A DNA stretch of 58,644 nt, the filler included, from Sphacelaria rigidula (Eukaryota): the NCBI GenBank assembly GCA_964200075.2. It is 7 parts of 7 records of this genome, joined end to end, with 100 filler letters (N's around TTAATTAATTAA, not from the genome) between each part and the next. Parts side by side here need not be neighbours in the genome. Positions count along the whole stretch, not along the records: positions 33,570 to 41,861 come from CAXNAA020011628.1; positions 41,962 to 50,253 come from CAXNAA020011629.1; 5 more parts are not named here. One strand, written 5' to 3'. Positions 36,383 through 49,855 of this stretch are shown piece by piece. Under the pieces are notes generated by a model. That model worked only from the letters and a program-made list of their open reading frames with translations, was not told the DNA's origin and did not search any database. A program made the translations under genes and the position numbers. How positions within the stretch are numbered: position 1 is the stretch's first letter; each line of letters opens with the position of its first letter.

Positions 36383-39300
36383 GCCTACGGGGGCACAATC
36401 GAGGAACTGGAAGATGCGCAGCTGCAACTGCAGACGCTGTTGTCCATGCGGCACGTCACTCCATTTCGAGAAGTAGTCCAGGTGAAGCTATTCCATAACG
36501 CATTCGGCTTTTTTTCGGTGGTACCGACTTTGGAGTTCAAAACTGGAGCAGATCGAACATACGGGAACATAAAAATTGCGGTGTTAGTACGATGCTCGTT
36601 TGTGCTTGGCGCTTACCCCTAAGGTTCAAGATCGTTGCCCATGGGCATAACTACGGTTGCAATAACTTGACGTACACACATATTCATGCGTTATGTTGTC
36701 GCATGTATTTAAGGAGTATATATGTATGCTTTGGGGGTAATGGGGAAGGAGGCGACCGTACGTCTTTTTTTCGAACATTGGTTCGGTGCCAAACTTCCTC
36801 TAGATCATAAAGAGAGGTATATTCGACCACATCACATCTTCGGTTCGGATAAGCGGCGAAGAATAAAGAATGGAGAAACTGTTTGCTTCGCCCCCGCGAA
36901 ATTCACAGGGCAAACTCAACGAGCTGAGCAACGCCACGGATAGCCTCGAGCTATGGGTGAAAGTGCAGCTGCTGTGGACGAGCCTTGAAAGTGTTTTTAT
37001 GGGAGGAGACATTGCGAAGCAGATGCCCCTCGAGGCGAAGAAGTTTGTGAAGATCGACAAAGACTGGTCGAAGATCATGTTCAAGGGTAAGGCGTACTAC
37101 TTGAGCTACAACGGCAGGCCTCGATCGTTTGTGGTAACGAGAACGGCAAGTCCACCGGTCCAACCTTATTTCAACTGGCATATTTTCCCGAAGCAGTGTT
37201 GTGAATGGATGGCTAATGTGACACACACTTATTCCGTAAATCGATGATGGAATCGGAGCCAATCTATCTCAGCCCAAACTATCACCGAGGTGGCGACTGA
37301 GCCACCGTTCGTCATTCCTGGAAGCCAAATACTAGTTGCTTTCGCACCATCAACCGATTGAGTCGAGATAACAACAGAGATGCAGAATGTTCGCCATCAA
37401 CAATACGCCTTGTAGAATCATAATTGCCAGCGTGTTCCGCTATAGGACTATCTCGATCCAGACTTCAAGGTATACAGGGTTAACCCACTACGTACATGAC
37501 TGATGACTGACTGTGTGCATGAGCAAATGTATCTGCCAACGCTTGGCAACGACCCGCGGTACCCTGGCTCGACCCCCGAAACATTGTTTTATCTCACGCC
37601 GCATAGCGGAGGAGGCGAAGAAAGTTCTCGCCTGCTGCTCGAGCGAGGCCCTCTGCACGACGCTGCCGGTGCTATTCGTCGAACTGGAGAAGTGCCAGAA
37701 AAGTCTGGAGGGGTATCTGGAGCAGAAGAGATCGAGGTTTCCCAGATTCTACTTCGTCTCCAACCCGGTGTTATTGCTCGTGCTCAGCCAGGGATCTGAC
37801 CCTGTTCAGATGCAGCCTTACTACGAGAAAGTATTCGACAGCATAAGTCAGGTCGTTCACGATAAGAGGTGCGCTGTTATTTTTAGGACATTGGTGAGAG
37901 TCGCTATCGAACCTACTATATATGTCATGCGCGTGAGTTGCGCCGTGGGGGCGTGCTTCTCCTGAGAAGGAAACAGCACGATGTACCGCAATGGTCCCGG
38001 TAGTAAGTATGAAGTAATTTTGATGGACGATGATTCTATGTGTGCGTTACCTTGTTAGAACAACCCCGTAGACACGAGACAGCATTTATCACAAGCATCT
38101 GAAATATTGACAGCCAGGCAGCGATGACGGTGTCTTCCTCTGTGTGACTGCAACCGTCACGATACAAAATATGGTACCGTGAGTACATGGTTCTTTTGTT
38201 TTTCATCTCTTGGGTCTTGTTGGCCGTTTTTCTTCTTTTTCCCACCTTCCTCTTTTCTTCTATCTTCTTCGTTTTCTAGCCTGTCGTAGTTTTGTCTGTA
38301 TTCAACTCCTCCAGAGCTACCGGCTGTCAGCTCGTATGTTATCGTGCGGTGTCATGATACCTAAGTCGCAACCTGCATCCATGTCCTCGCTTTTTACGGC
38401 TCCCATCCTTTCCCGGAGCCCCGGCAAATAAACTGTCGGGGGCATTAACTTGGCGTCCACGTCAGCGTACCCCATCTGTTTCACCCTTTCTCCTACTTAT
38501 CACCCATCTTCTCCCTCATCTTAAGATTCCCGTTGAGAGTGTCCTCGCGGTACTTACCTGGGGTATGTCTATCTCGTGACTACACCTGGGTTCGTAGTAG
38601 ATCACTTGATATGGGACAATCAGTCAGTCTCTCTCACTCACTCACTAACCAATCAGCCAACCAACCAACCAACCAACCAACCAACCAACCAACCAATCTT
38701 TGCAATTTTTCGGTTCGCGACGTCTGTTTTTTTTTCGACCAGAGAAAAATCGAACATCGTCAGCATTATCAACATATCTGGCGCGGACGAGGAAACCATT
38801 CCATTGTTGAAAGCCGTCAAAGCCACGGGCAACATCGAAGACTGGCTGGGGGCTCTTGAGAAGGGGATGCAGGTACGGTACCGATGGGGTGGGATGCTTC
38901 CAACGATTTTCCTAACTCGCGTCAAGATTGACCAATGAGATACTTAGACTGGAATCTATGAGAACTGGATGACGGATCATATCAGAAAGTCATGACTAAC
39001 ATTCCACGTTTTACCCAACGTGTCCCTCGTGCCGCTCATTCAAGAATTTATATCAAGAGCAATCGCCCGGTCATTATTATGCGATATATCGACCCCCGAA
39101 CGGAGTTAGTCGCGCGTTAGACATACATCTTCATCGAACTTATGAAGAATACACGTTAGTTCCGCACGGACGAGGACAAACGTTGAGCACTGCGTGGAGG
39201 CTTCGATCGTTCATGTTTACATTGCACTTGAATTACGAAAGCATGTTTTAATGCATTACTTATCCCACATTCAACCTTCACGCATCACGATCGCGCACTA

Positions 39301-41259
39301 TGCGCGATTTGTCTTCGCCTCTAATACTTGGTAGGTATCCCTCAAGCATCTAGCGGGGCTTGCTGCGGTGCAATGCAGCCTCATGCCACTCAGGCAGTTC
39401 GTAGACTGCAGCTGTGGACAATTCGCACTTCTTGGCCTCCAGTTTTCGTGGACTGCCCAGGTATGTTATCACCCTTTTCACATCCGAATTGCACCGTCAT
39501 CCTGAGCGTCTTGTAGAGAAGCAAGCGGCACGCAGTTTCATCGTGCAAAAACGCGTTCATACCAGCAGCAAATTTCGCCGAACGCTGTGGGTTTCCTCAA
39601 AAGGTGCCACTTTTGGGGGGAGGGATACACCTCTCATGTGATATGATGTGATGACTGATGATTGATTGGTGGATTGTTGCACATTAATTGACCCCCCGAG
39701 GGATTCAGCTGCGGTCATTATCCATAAGATGGACGTACCCGAGATAAAGCAAAACGGGAACAGTCGCTCAAGAAGAGGGGAGAAAAAACAGAAAGGTACA
39801 GCGGACAAGCAGATAAAAAAAAAAAGGAAAAACAAGGGCAAAATGAGGATCAAAAACACGAGCTAGAAATGCCCAGCCTCTGCAATATAGTTTCGGTGGG
39901 AGAGGTCTTGCGCAACAAAATAAGCACACACCCAAACTCACTTATGAAAAAAAAAGCCGTGGGAACGGATTGGGGCTCATCTATCTCGACCCCACTATTT
40001 CGGGTATGAAGCTCTCATCCATGAACCCTACGGAAGAGGACCAGCAAACTGCTACTTGCATGCACCGAGAGTAAAGAACACATACAAAGCGTGAGAGATG
40101 GGGCAGGAAAAAGAGAACAGAAAAGAAGGAGACTGCAGAAGTGATGCGACCCACAGGGCACAGTACAGAAGAGCAGGTGCAAAAACACACCAGGGAGCAC
40201 CGCAAAAACCACCGATCGAAGACAAAACCAACAACCGATAAAAAAACACAGGGGTGCATCAATTTCTGTGTTAGCCCCAGTTGTCGCATTCATCCTTAGT
40301 CGGGTACCAAGCTTCTCTCGGGGATTGTCATCTTGGATTCCTTGCGAGGACAGAGGACAGTTCACCGATTGGCGGCTCTCAACGCAGAAGCTTCTCGTTT
40401 GTGGCGGCTGTAGGGTTCCCTTTTGTTTTTGCGTTGCCATGTGTCTTCGAATACGGGTGTTCATAATTTTTACCGATAAGAAAGGCGCGAGTGTTCGTAA
40501 TAGAGGGGATAGACACCGGGAAAGAATCTTCGATCAGAGCCGAGTCTGTCAAACCTAATGCTGGAAAAATTATCCGAATGTTTCAAACTACGCCTGAAGT
40601 GGCTACCCGGTCGCATGTGGTGTTGCCATAGGTTGAGAGTTTCGTTTTCAGAGAATTGTAAAAGCCGCGCGCAGCCCGTGTCATTGAGAAGACGAGAGTC
40701 TTTTTTATGCGTCCGCCTCTGATTCTGAGCATGGTATCAAATGGTGGTGCAACCAATCGTACAGTGGCCGACGCTCTGCCAAGTTAAGTGTTTGCGGGCG
40801 ATCGTATGTGTCTACGATCTCCACACACTCGTCTTCGTAAGTCGCTGCTAGGAGACAGCGCGTAGGGTTCCGCCACTGCAATGTTGTTTGGTGTGCGTTG
40901 CGTCCAAGATCGGTCGGAAGAATACTCCGCAGAACATAGTTGGAGACACTACTCCGAAAGTGTCATCAATTACATGGCCGCCGTGTTTGATAGGGATATG
41001 TAATACTACTCGTAGTGCCAACTCTATGCGCGGAAATCGTTTTGACAGTGCCATTTCCTGTATTTCGTATGCCTCGTCGTATCACTGACCAACGCGGCAG
41101 TGTCAAAATGCTCTAGACAAGTGTCGGTCCAACCGGACCATTGTCAACGAGACAAACAGAGCACAGCTGGGAGTTCTACAAGAAATGAGCTCTTGGTGCT
41201 TACAGGACCTCGTGACGAAGATGAATCGGACCAAAATTGAAACACTAGTGACTATTCAG
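36383..41259 (+). CDS. axonemal dynein heavy chain (outer-arm gamma/DNAH5-8-like), internal linker-region exons
   Basis: Phase-consistent exons 36383-36481, 36909-37086, 37607-37868, 38743-38872, 39335-39460 and 41101-41259. Motifs: [109 protein letters not shown]. Confidence 0.95.
39950..40345 (-). repeat. second copy of the 34165-34585 repeat, in a dynein intron
   Basis: Colinear similarity to 34165-34585. Confidence 0.65.
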
Positions 41260-41522
41260 GTGAGCACGACCTGAATTAAACTTGCTCTGCTTGATATTCA
41301 GCGGTGTTCTACGATACTCTCTGTAGGAGTTTGCTTGGGCCTGACCCCGGGAGCATCAACATTGACTAATCGATTGATCGTGCCGCATTAGGTGGTCCGC
41401 TATAGACCGAGCCGCGATCACAAAATAGATGGACGTATCCAAGGTAACTATATGATGAATCTTACTGAAAACTTCTTAATAGGAGGGGAAAATTGGTATA
41501 GGTCCTGTAACCCCCCCGCCGA

Positions 41523-41861
41523 CAGTCTCCGGTCCGGCGAGAACCCGGTGTGCTCTTTCCCGGCTTTGTAGGGCCGGACCCCGATGAGGTTGGTGTCGGT
41601 TGGCGATGACGCTGTCAAACACGCCACTCACTGCGTAAGCTAGGCAATCAGGTTACCGATTTTTTTGCGCACTTGCGTTTTTTTGCGGTAATCATGATAG
41701 TGGTCGAGCTAGATCATTTTGTGCGGCGTGGAAGAACCTCAACTCCGCACAATGGGGATGGTCGTACTACGTAGTGTGTACATGGTGAGACACCTATGAG
41801 GCAGTGTATAAGCCATGGCTGTCTCTGGAAGTGGCGATACCAGACAACAAAGCAACTCATT
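41523..41861 (+). mobile_element. family B repeat (truncated by contig end)
   Basis: C-run, then the module CCGGTCCGGCGAGAACCCGGTGTGCTCTTTCCCGGCTTTGTAGGG, then the core GGTTGGTGTCGGTTGG...CACTCACTGCGTAAGCTAGGCAA. Confidence 0.75.
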
Positions 41862-42208
41862 NNNNNNNNNNNNNNNNNNNNNNNNNNNNNNNNNNNNNNN
41901 NNNNNTTAATTAATTAANNNNNNNNNNNNNNNNNNNNNNNNNNNNNNNNNNNNNNNNNNNNCTCGTTGTGCTCGGCTTTTCCCATTTCGATCTACGTGAA
42001 GATTTTGCCTCCCAAAACCATGCACTTTTTTCGGGAGGGGGCTATCGTAGAAAGTGTCAACTATAGTACAGCCCATGCATGTATGCCATGATTCTCATGC
42101 GTATGCTTGTTTGATACTGTAAACGAACAAAACTTTACTGCTCCGCTCCACCTGCCAAATTGAATTAAACCTCAACGTGGTCCGAGACGTAAAAAAGTAC
42201 AAGTCATG

Positions 42209-42552
42209 CAAGGGCAGGTCAGATAGGGTACGTGCTTTTGAATACTCAGGTATAATACTCGGGTATTTACTCTACCGAGGTTTGGGTAGATTGGATACGG
42301 CCTCAAATACTCCACCCAATTTTTGGGTAGATTGGGTATGATCTCAATACCCTACCTAAAGGTTAGGTAAGCACTCTCAGCAAACACCTGGGTATATAGT
42401 ATCACTTGAGTCTGGCCTCAATGCTCCAACCATTTTGGGGGGTAATTCGGGTACAAATAATCTACCCCAATTTGTGGTAGATTGGGTAGGACCTCACACG
42501 TTTGGGTATTAAGAGTATGACTTTTCAAAATACCCTGCTCGACCTGCCCTTG
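42209..42552. mobile_element. hAT-type MITE
   Basis: TIR CAAGGGCAGGTC / GACCTGCCCTTG; 8-bp flanking duplication AAGTCATG / AAGTCACG (1 mismatch); many internal GGGTA/TACCC subterminal motifs. Confidence 0.85.
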
Positions 42553-42909
42553 AAGTCACGTGTCAGTTTTTCAGGAAGGAAAAAAAAACAGAAAAAGCAT
42601 GAAAAATATAAAAATGCAAGCACTCTGACCACAAGAAAAACGAAAAAGTGAGAGCAATCAACGGTGAAAAATAAAAATAAAAAACAATTAATAACCCATC
42701 AACACAAAAAAACACAACCTACTGGCCCACAATCCCACTCATCTAGTGACACACACAGTCTATACCGCGAGTGTAATCAACTGAAAGCAAATAAATAAGA
42801 GCCAACCAACCAATCAACAAACAGAAGTCAAAGATAATATAACCCCTTCACCACCCTCATGAGTACGCCTCCCCCCCCCCAACCACAAAAGAAATGGGCC
42901 ATAGACAAA

Positions 42910-44040
42910 AGTCAGTCGACCCACGCCTTTTCTCAGTAAAAAAGGGGGTCTCGGCGAAAGACAGGTACGGGCTCTGTCCGTGCTCCTCGGAAATCGATCG
43001 AAGGTCAAATCTTGCCACGGTCTAGCCAGGGCACGGGAGTCAACTTTCAAGAACTTTGGGGGGCGCGTACGAACCAATCAGTGCCGCGGACAAACAAGGG
43101 CTGCGGATGGGACCTCCTTTAGTCTGGGAACGGGGAGGAACGACCCCTCGACATCTACTTTTTTTCATCCTGGATCCTCTTTTATGAATAGTCAGACCCC
43201 CCTTTTACCAAAGCAGGCCCTCTGGTGACCACTTTCCACCCCTCAAAACTCGCCCTCCACGGCACCGGACGGCCGAACATCACAGGACCTACAACATCTC
43301 CGCCGGTCTGCAGAATTCTGTCCTCACGAGTAATATTTCGGGAAACGTAGAAACGGTTCGAAAATGTTCGATTTTTTTTCTGGTAAAGAAGTGAAACTCT
43401 CCGTCCAGAGCAGTCACGCCCCCTGTAGCATGCTTTCAGCGTATTCTTATTCTTAGGGGGCTCGACCCATAGGGTCCCGTTGGGGGTCTCTGCAACTGTT
43501 GCAGCGAGAAAATATGAGAGATCGTTGTCGGCCTTTACTGTTGTTGTTCCGTGAGGTGACGATCAGCTAGACATCGCGATGGGGTCTGGTTTGTGTACGA
43601 GGGATTTCTCCAGGCCGCGAAAAGATACGGCGGAGATGTTGTAGGTCCTGTGATGTTCTGCCGTGCGGTGCCATGGAGGGCGAGTTTTGATGGGTGGAAA
43701 GTGGTCACTAGAGGGTCTGCTTTGGCAAAAGGGGGGTCTGACCATTGAAAAAAGAGGGTCTAGGATAAAAATAGTAGATGGCGGTGGGTCGTCCCTCCCC
43801 ATTCTCGGGCTAAGGGGGGCGTGCTGCGCAGCTCTTGCTGCCTGCGGCACTGTTTAGTCCGTACGCGCCCCCGAAAGTTCGTGCAAGTCGACTGCAGTGC
43901 CATGGCTGGGCCGTGGTCGACTTGCCTTCGCGTCAGGATTTGACATTCGATCGATTTCAGAGGAGCACGGACAGAGCCCGTAGCTGTGTTTTGCCAAGAC
44001 CCCCTTTGTGTGACTGAAAAAGGGGGTCGGTCGACCCACT
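42910..44040. mobile_element. foldback element with ~400-bp inverted arms
   Basis: 42910-43305 is a diverged reverse complement of 43628-44040 (e.g. GAACATCACAGGACCTACAACATCTCCGCCG vs CGGCGGAGATGTTGTAGGTCCTGTGATGTTC); non-coding spacer of ~320 bp. Confidence 0.85.
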
Positions 44041-44084
44041 TATACCTGCGGCCCAGATGAAAATGCAACTGACCAAACCACAAT

Positions 44085-44121
<37 letters not shown>

Positions 44122-44319
44122 GCAACGACAACAACAACAACATGCAACCCATCCACCTGACCCACTCACCAATCACACCCCAGAAAAAAAAAAAAAAGCT
44201 AATACAAAACAAAAACTATCCAACTATCCAACTAACCAAACAAAGAAACAAGGAAAAAAAAACGCGACCATCTCACCCACCCTCTTTCCCACCCATCCAT
44301 CAACCACCAACACACTCAC

Positions 44320-47300
44320 CGCACAACCCCAGGCGCCGGAACACTCAGCAGCCCCACGAACGCGTCGAGGACCCCGGCCGTGTTCACCGCCTCCACCAGG
44401 CGTGTTCCGCCTCTGGATACCAGATTCCACATCGCAAACGCCGCCTCGCGCTGCATGTCGAGCTGCCCCGACACCAGCAGAGCCGTCAGCGCGGCCGCCG
44501 ATCCTTGAGCAACGAGAGCTTCGCAATGTTCCGGTCGGCCGGCGGCGACGTTGGAAGCTACCCAGGCCGCTTCCTTCACGAGCGCTCGTTGGCCGGGTGC
44601 CTGGCGTATTGCGCGTATTGGTTCGGTTGTGTTGTACCAAATCAATTCGGAGAGCAAGCACATTGCTTTTCTCGGGCTCTGCCACATCAAAACTCATAGA
44701 CAGTGTTCATGAGAGGTCATTTCTCCACGATCGACAGGTTGCTAACTGCCTGCCCCTCTGTCTCTGTCTGTCTCTGTCTCCCTGTCTCTCTGTCTGACGG
44801 TACTGTCCTCAGGAACGTGTTCGGTCATGTTGAGAGGATTTTTTTTCTTTTTCATATTTTTCGACTCCACATTTGTTTGCTTTTTCTTCTATCGTCATTT
44901 TGTTCCAATTCCTTCCCCTGTCCCCCCATTCCTCCCTCGAGGGTTGGCGTCGGTTGGCAACGATGCTTCAAAGCACGCCACTTCCTGCGTAAGCTAGGCA
45001 ACCAGGTTACCGTTTCTATCCTCGCTTGCGTTCTTTGCGGTAACCGTGATGGTGGTCGAGCTATGTCATGTTGTGCGGGGTGGGCGAACCTCGATTCCAT
45101 GCAAAGGGAATGATCGTACCACGCCGTGTCTAAATGGTGAGACACCCATGAGGCAGTGTAACCCGTGGCTGCCTCTGGAAGTGGCGATACCACCAAATGA
45201 AGCAACTCATTGTTGGCTGTCATCCAAATGCAAGATAACCAGTACACCTCGGGCCGAACAATATTAGCACAATGCGGTTCACCCCTCATACGATTCGCCG
45301 AACATATCACAGCACTTCGCGCTTAGTGATTGATTGCGAGCCTGGTCCGGCGAAAACCCGGCGTTTTTAGAAAAGAGGCAGTAGTGCGGGTAAAAATCCA
45401 GCCCCGAGTTTCAATAGTGGAGGGTGAAGCCTCTCGCTGTTGGTCAGGTGACGCATAACCCCCTCCCTCCCTCGAGATGAGCCCGCAGGCCCGAGAGATG
45501 CATTAAGCCATCATTTCTCCCACGGTACCTATCCACCTGCCTTGCATTTTGTTCAAATTTACCAGTTTATGAGCGGCTCGCTAGATGCCTACGCGCGCGC
45601 GCGCGCGAAAACCGCGACAGGCACACCCGAGTATTTCGTCTTCCTTCCGAAAACCGACCACCTGGTTCCCGAAAACTAGCTGAATCTGGCGGAAATAGTT
45701 CGTTCGTATGGTGGATTGCCAAGAAGCCGAATGCCATCGTCCAGCTCTTCCATAACAGCGGCAAAGCAACGATGATCGTACACTTTCGAGGTTTTCCCAC
45801 AGGGCACATCCCCGTCGGAAAGTACACCACTACAGGTGTTCCAAACCCTGACCGAAGCCTGACGCTTCTTGAGTGCGGAGGTTCGGCAACTACTGTACCC
45901 CCGAGTTTTCCTTTCCCTTGACAGATAACCGGTGCAAGGGCAGAACGGGGCTCACCGAGGGCTAACAAGGAAGAGCCATGCACGCCAAACACCGTAAGAG
46001 AGTCATACCCCGAACCGGAGTATACATCAACATGTTATTATCCAGACCCCCGAAAATATGCCGTTTTCGACATAAAATATCGACACATGGGGAAAACTTA
46101 CCCCCCCGTCTACGCAGGTCAAACGACTAAGGCAAGCAATGAATGAGTACCCCCCCCCCCCCCCAGGGTGAGTGAAGCGAGTAAACAAGTAAACAAGTAA
46201 ACAAGTAAACAAGTAAACAAGCAGTATCTAGAATTCTTGATGTGGCGCGGGGGGGTGGGGGGGGGGGCTGTTGTACGAGGAGCAGCAAAGTGTTTGAGAA
46301 GAGTAGTTTTTTTGGCCGCTGGCCCTTTCGCCTACCTGGCTCTTTAGGATGGAATCTAAAACCGGTAAGAACGCCGCTTGCTGCAAAACCGCATCCCCCC
46401 ACTCCTGCGGCCCGGCCATCATATTGCCCAGCGAACGGAGGACCGGGGTGCACAGCGGGTCCTGAAGAGTGGGTGGGGGAAAATGTGGCAACGTACATGC
46501 ATGCATGCAGGCAGGCAGGCATGCACGGGGCGGTCAAACGCGGGGGTAAAACACTGCAGACGCTGACACTAAGTTTAACCCTTCGATGAATAATCAAACT
46601 GCGAAGCAAGCCTCTGGAATCCTTTGTATATCGCAGGTCACGAACGCGCTCATATTGGCTTACGCACAGACAGATATATACAGACAACCAGGCAGTCAGA
46701 TAGTCAGACAGACACATACATACATAAATACAGACACACACAGAGACACACACATTGGAACATGACACACACACGGGACTCGAAACGGTCAAGGCTTGAT
46801 CAATCGAGAGATTCTGATTTGATCGATTGTCGCACATCAACTGATCCACCGTGAAGAAGTCAGCCGTGATGAACATGCACCCGTACCCGTACACTAGTAG
46901 CCAACGTAAGTAATTAATGAAAACATGCCTCTCTCGAGTGCTACGATGAGGGGATAATTAAAAAATGGCCTCGATAAGAAGGGAAAATGAAGATGAAATG
47001 AAAAAGAAAAACAATATATTTGATCACCAAAGAACCTAAAGGAAAGAAAGAATGAAGCCTAGTTAAGTCAACTCGAAAACGAGAGAGAGAGAAAAAAAAA
47101 GTGGAAGACAGAGAGAAACGAAATAAAGCAAAGTGAGGCAAAGCAAAACGAAGAGCAGCAAGGCAAAGCAGAGCCAAGCGAAGCGAAGCAACGGAAGAGG
47201 AAACAGCGGACGAGAAAACAACTGTTTCACAGCAACCCGACGGGTTTACACATTCAAAATAGACCCGCCGAAACTACGTGACAAAGAAAAAGACGTCTGC

Positions 47301-49214
47301 TCTATCGGGGTTAACGAAAAATACACAGTAATCGGTACGATGATACACACGTGAGAGCAAAGTATGAGCGACACTTGGCAGCGAAATAAGGGGGTGGCCT
47401 GGGACGAGGAAAGAGTAGCTTTTGGGGTACTTTGGTGTAACCACCCACCCTCCGCGAACCAGCTCAATGATGTTGCGAGATCCTCCCACCCTCGTAATAC
47501 ATTGCTTCCCACCACATCCCCAAGGCAGTGCATACAACTTTAGTATCATCCGCGTTCTACTGAAAATGTGTCATGGGTTCATTTTAGCCTCGCGGGGAGC
47601 GAGGTCTGTCGCTCTCTCGGAACAATATCGCCCGCTGACCTTAACCCCTTCACTGCCAGGGTGCATCAGCTGTTGAATCGGCATCATGTTCACTCGCAAT
47701 ATCGTTTTCTCTGGTAGTCGGAGGGTTACTCTTAGACATTCCTCACGTTAGAATAGCTGAGCAGCAATCATCTCTTTTCCAGCAACCCCCCCTCCCTCCC
47801 CTCCCCTCCCCCGCCCGATCTACTCCTGAGGGTTGGCGTCGGTTGGTAACGACGGTGTTAAACACACCACTCACTGGGGAAGCTAGGCAACCAGGTTACC
47901 GTGTTTTCTTTGCTTGCGTTTTTTTGTGCGGTAACCATGATGGTGGCCGAGCTAGATCATACTGTGCGGCATGGAGTACCCGAATTTCGCGCAAAGGGGA
48001 TAATCATACTGAGTAGTGTTTATGTGGTTAGACACCCAGGAAGTGTTGAACGCGAGGCTGTCTCTGGACGTGGCGATACCAGCAAAGGAAGCAACTCATT
48101 GTTGCCTGTCACCCAAATGCAAGATAATCAGTTCGTCTCGTGCCGAAAAATATAAGCAGGATGCAGTTCACCCCTCATGCGACTCGCCGAACACATCACG
48201 GCGCTTCGCGCTTGGCGATTGATTGCGAGCCTGGTCCGGCGAAAAGTCGGTGTGCTCCGTCCCGGCTTATGACGACGGCATGCAAGATCATGAGTACACC
48301 TCCCCCGCCAAGGTCGGGTAGGGTAGTGGAGAAAGTATACAGGAGGATACTAAGAACATATACTGTCCATAGGTAAGGTTTGGGGACTCAAGAAAAAGGT
48401 TAAAAAAGGGATGGAAATAAGGGAAAAGCTAGCGCGAAGACAGAAAGTCGACGAGGAAGAACACTTGGAGACGTACGGGGGACTGAGAGAAGAGATAGGG
48501 GATGAAAACATATTGGAACGGCCAAATGGACTACGCGAAAACGCTGCAACTGCGATTTCGGGTGCGGCACCTGGACCTGCCAGAAGGACGAAAAAGGTGA
48601 ACTCGTAGTCGGGTGGAGGAATTCCCACAGTCGGTCATACTCGCTTTGTGCTGTGGTTTGCCCAGACAACATTTACGGTCACGTGAGCACTGTACATACA
48701 GCCCAAGAATTCGCGACATTCGTTTTCATCGATCATCTGCTAACGCACGGAGGCGTATAGTAGAAACTGGTAAAGACATACGAAATAAATGGCCAGCGGG
48801 ACACCGCACACTGGAGTACAATATACACATTGGAGTATGACGCACACGCGCATACACATGCACACGCGCGCGCGCGCACATACACACACGCACGCAAGCA
48901 CGCACGCACGCACATGTACACGCACACACACACACACACACCTCCCCTTTGCTGTCCACCAGCGCCTCCACCAGCGCCGGCACCATGCCCAACTGCACCA
49001 GAGCGGAACCGGACTCGTCATCTTTGGCTGTAACAAAAGCCAATATCCAGGCGGCCTCCACGCGAAGGGGCTCGTCTCTCGGCGCACCCGCCGCCGTTCC
49101 CTGCAACGCCGCGATCACTTCGCACCCAACTTGCAAAAAGGGTTTCGCCGGTGTTTTGTCGCCGCGAGCCAGGTTCGAGATTGCCCACGCCGCTGTGCGG
49201 GCGATTTCGACGGA
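44320..49214 (-). CDS. ARM-repeat protein, importin-alpha-9/TMCO6-like, internal exons
   Basis: Minus-strand exons 49214-48942, 46461-46336 and 44600-44320 splice in frame. ARM helix-3 motifs: [56 protein letters not shown]. Confidence 0.88.
44939..45363 (+). mobile_element. family B repeat
   Basis: C-rich flank, then the core from GAGGGTTGGCGTCGGTTGG to the module CCTGGTCCGGCGAAAACCCGGCG. Confidence 0.75.
46117..46150 (+). mobile_element. family A 3'-end fragment between C-runs
   Basis: GGTCAAACGACTAAGGCAAGCAATGAATGAGTAC followed by a C-run of ~14, with a C7 run just upstream. Confidence 0.7.
47828..48298 (+). mobile_element. family B repeat, core to 3' end
   Basis: Core + module + GGCATGCAAGATCATGAGTACA, with C-rich sequence on both flanks. 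Confidence 0.75.
48312..48620 (+). mobile_element. family A LINE internal ORF fragment (degenerate)
   Basis: [48 protein letters not shown] (frameshifted); its 3' part overlaps the 5' end of the 33651-34105 copy. Confidence 0.7.
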
Positions 49215-49374
49215 CTGGATTGCGTTCAAGGTAGATTAATACATATACACATATATATATATGAAGAAAAAGAAAATAATACGTATATATCGATTAGTAA
49301 TATATATTAACATACAGATTTTGGTCATTTCTTTCTGTGCTTTGCTCGTGTTGACTTCTTTTTTTCACGTCTTA

Positions 49375-49855
49375 GGCCACTTCCTATAATAGATAAAACT
49401 AAGAATCTGGAAAAGTGTATTTTTGGAACTTTTACGTCGTTTTACGCCTCAAAAGAGAGCTAGGCGGAGTTTGACACCTTGGAATGGCTTGCTCTACTAG
49501 TTGAGGCGGTTCCAGGACATCTCCCCGTTTTCCGGTGGCCGCAGTTTTCATTTTGGCCAAGCAATAATTTTCGTTCAAGAACGGTAAAAAACGGTCAAGT
49601 CCAGAGAAAAGTGGCGATTTTTTCTAGATTTGACTGTTTTTTTTTCCATTCTTCGACAAAAGTTCTTGTTCCATAAAAATGAAAACTGCGGACACCGGAA
49701 AATGGGAAGATATCCTCAAACCGCCTCAACCAGTAGAGCAAGTCATTCCAAGGTGTCAAACTCCGCCTAGCTCTCTTTTGGAGCATAAAACGACGTAAAA
49801 GCTCCAAAAAGGCACTTTCCCACATTTTTAGTTTTGTCTATTATCAGGAGCGGCC
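49375..49855. mobile_element. PIF/Harbinger (Tourist-like) MITE
   Basis: TTA on both flanks (49372-49374, 49856-49858); termini GGCC...GGCC; ~180-bp inverted arms 49375-49553 and 49676-49855. Confidence 0.85.

Noticed and set aside
46127-46894. 255-aa ORF and other long ORFs (53472-54134, 35319-35987, 44142-44699, 43760-44212)
   Set aside because: They come from microsatellites, homopolymers, or alternative frames and antisense of real exons; no domain signal.
18733-49214. Apparent cluster of motor and transport genes (kinesin, dynein, importin-like)
   Set aside because: The genes lie on different contigs joined artificially.
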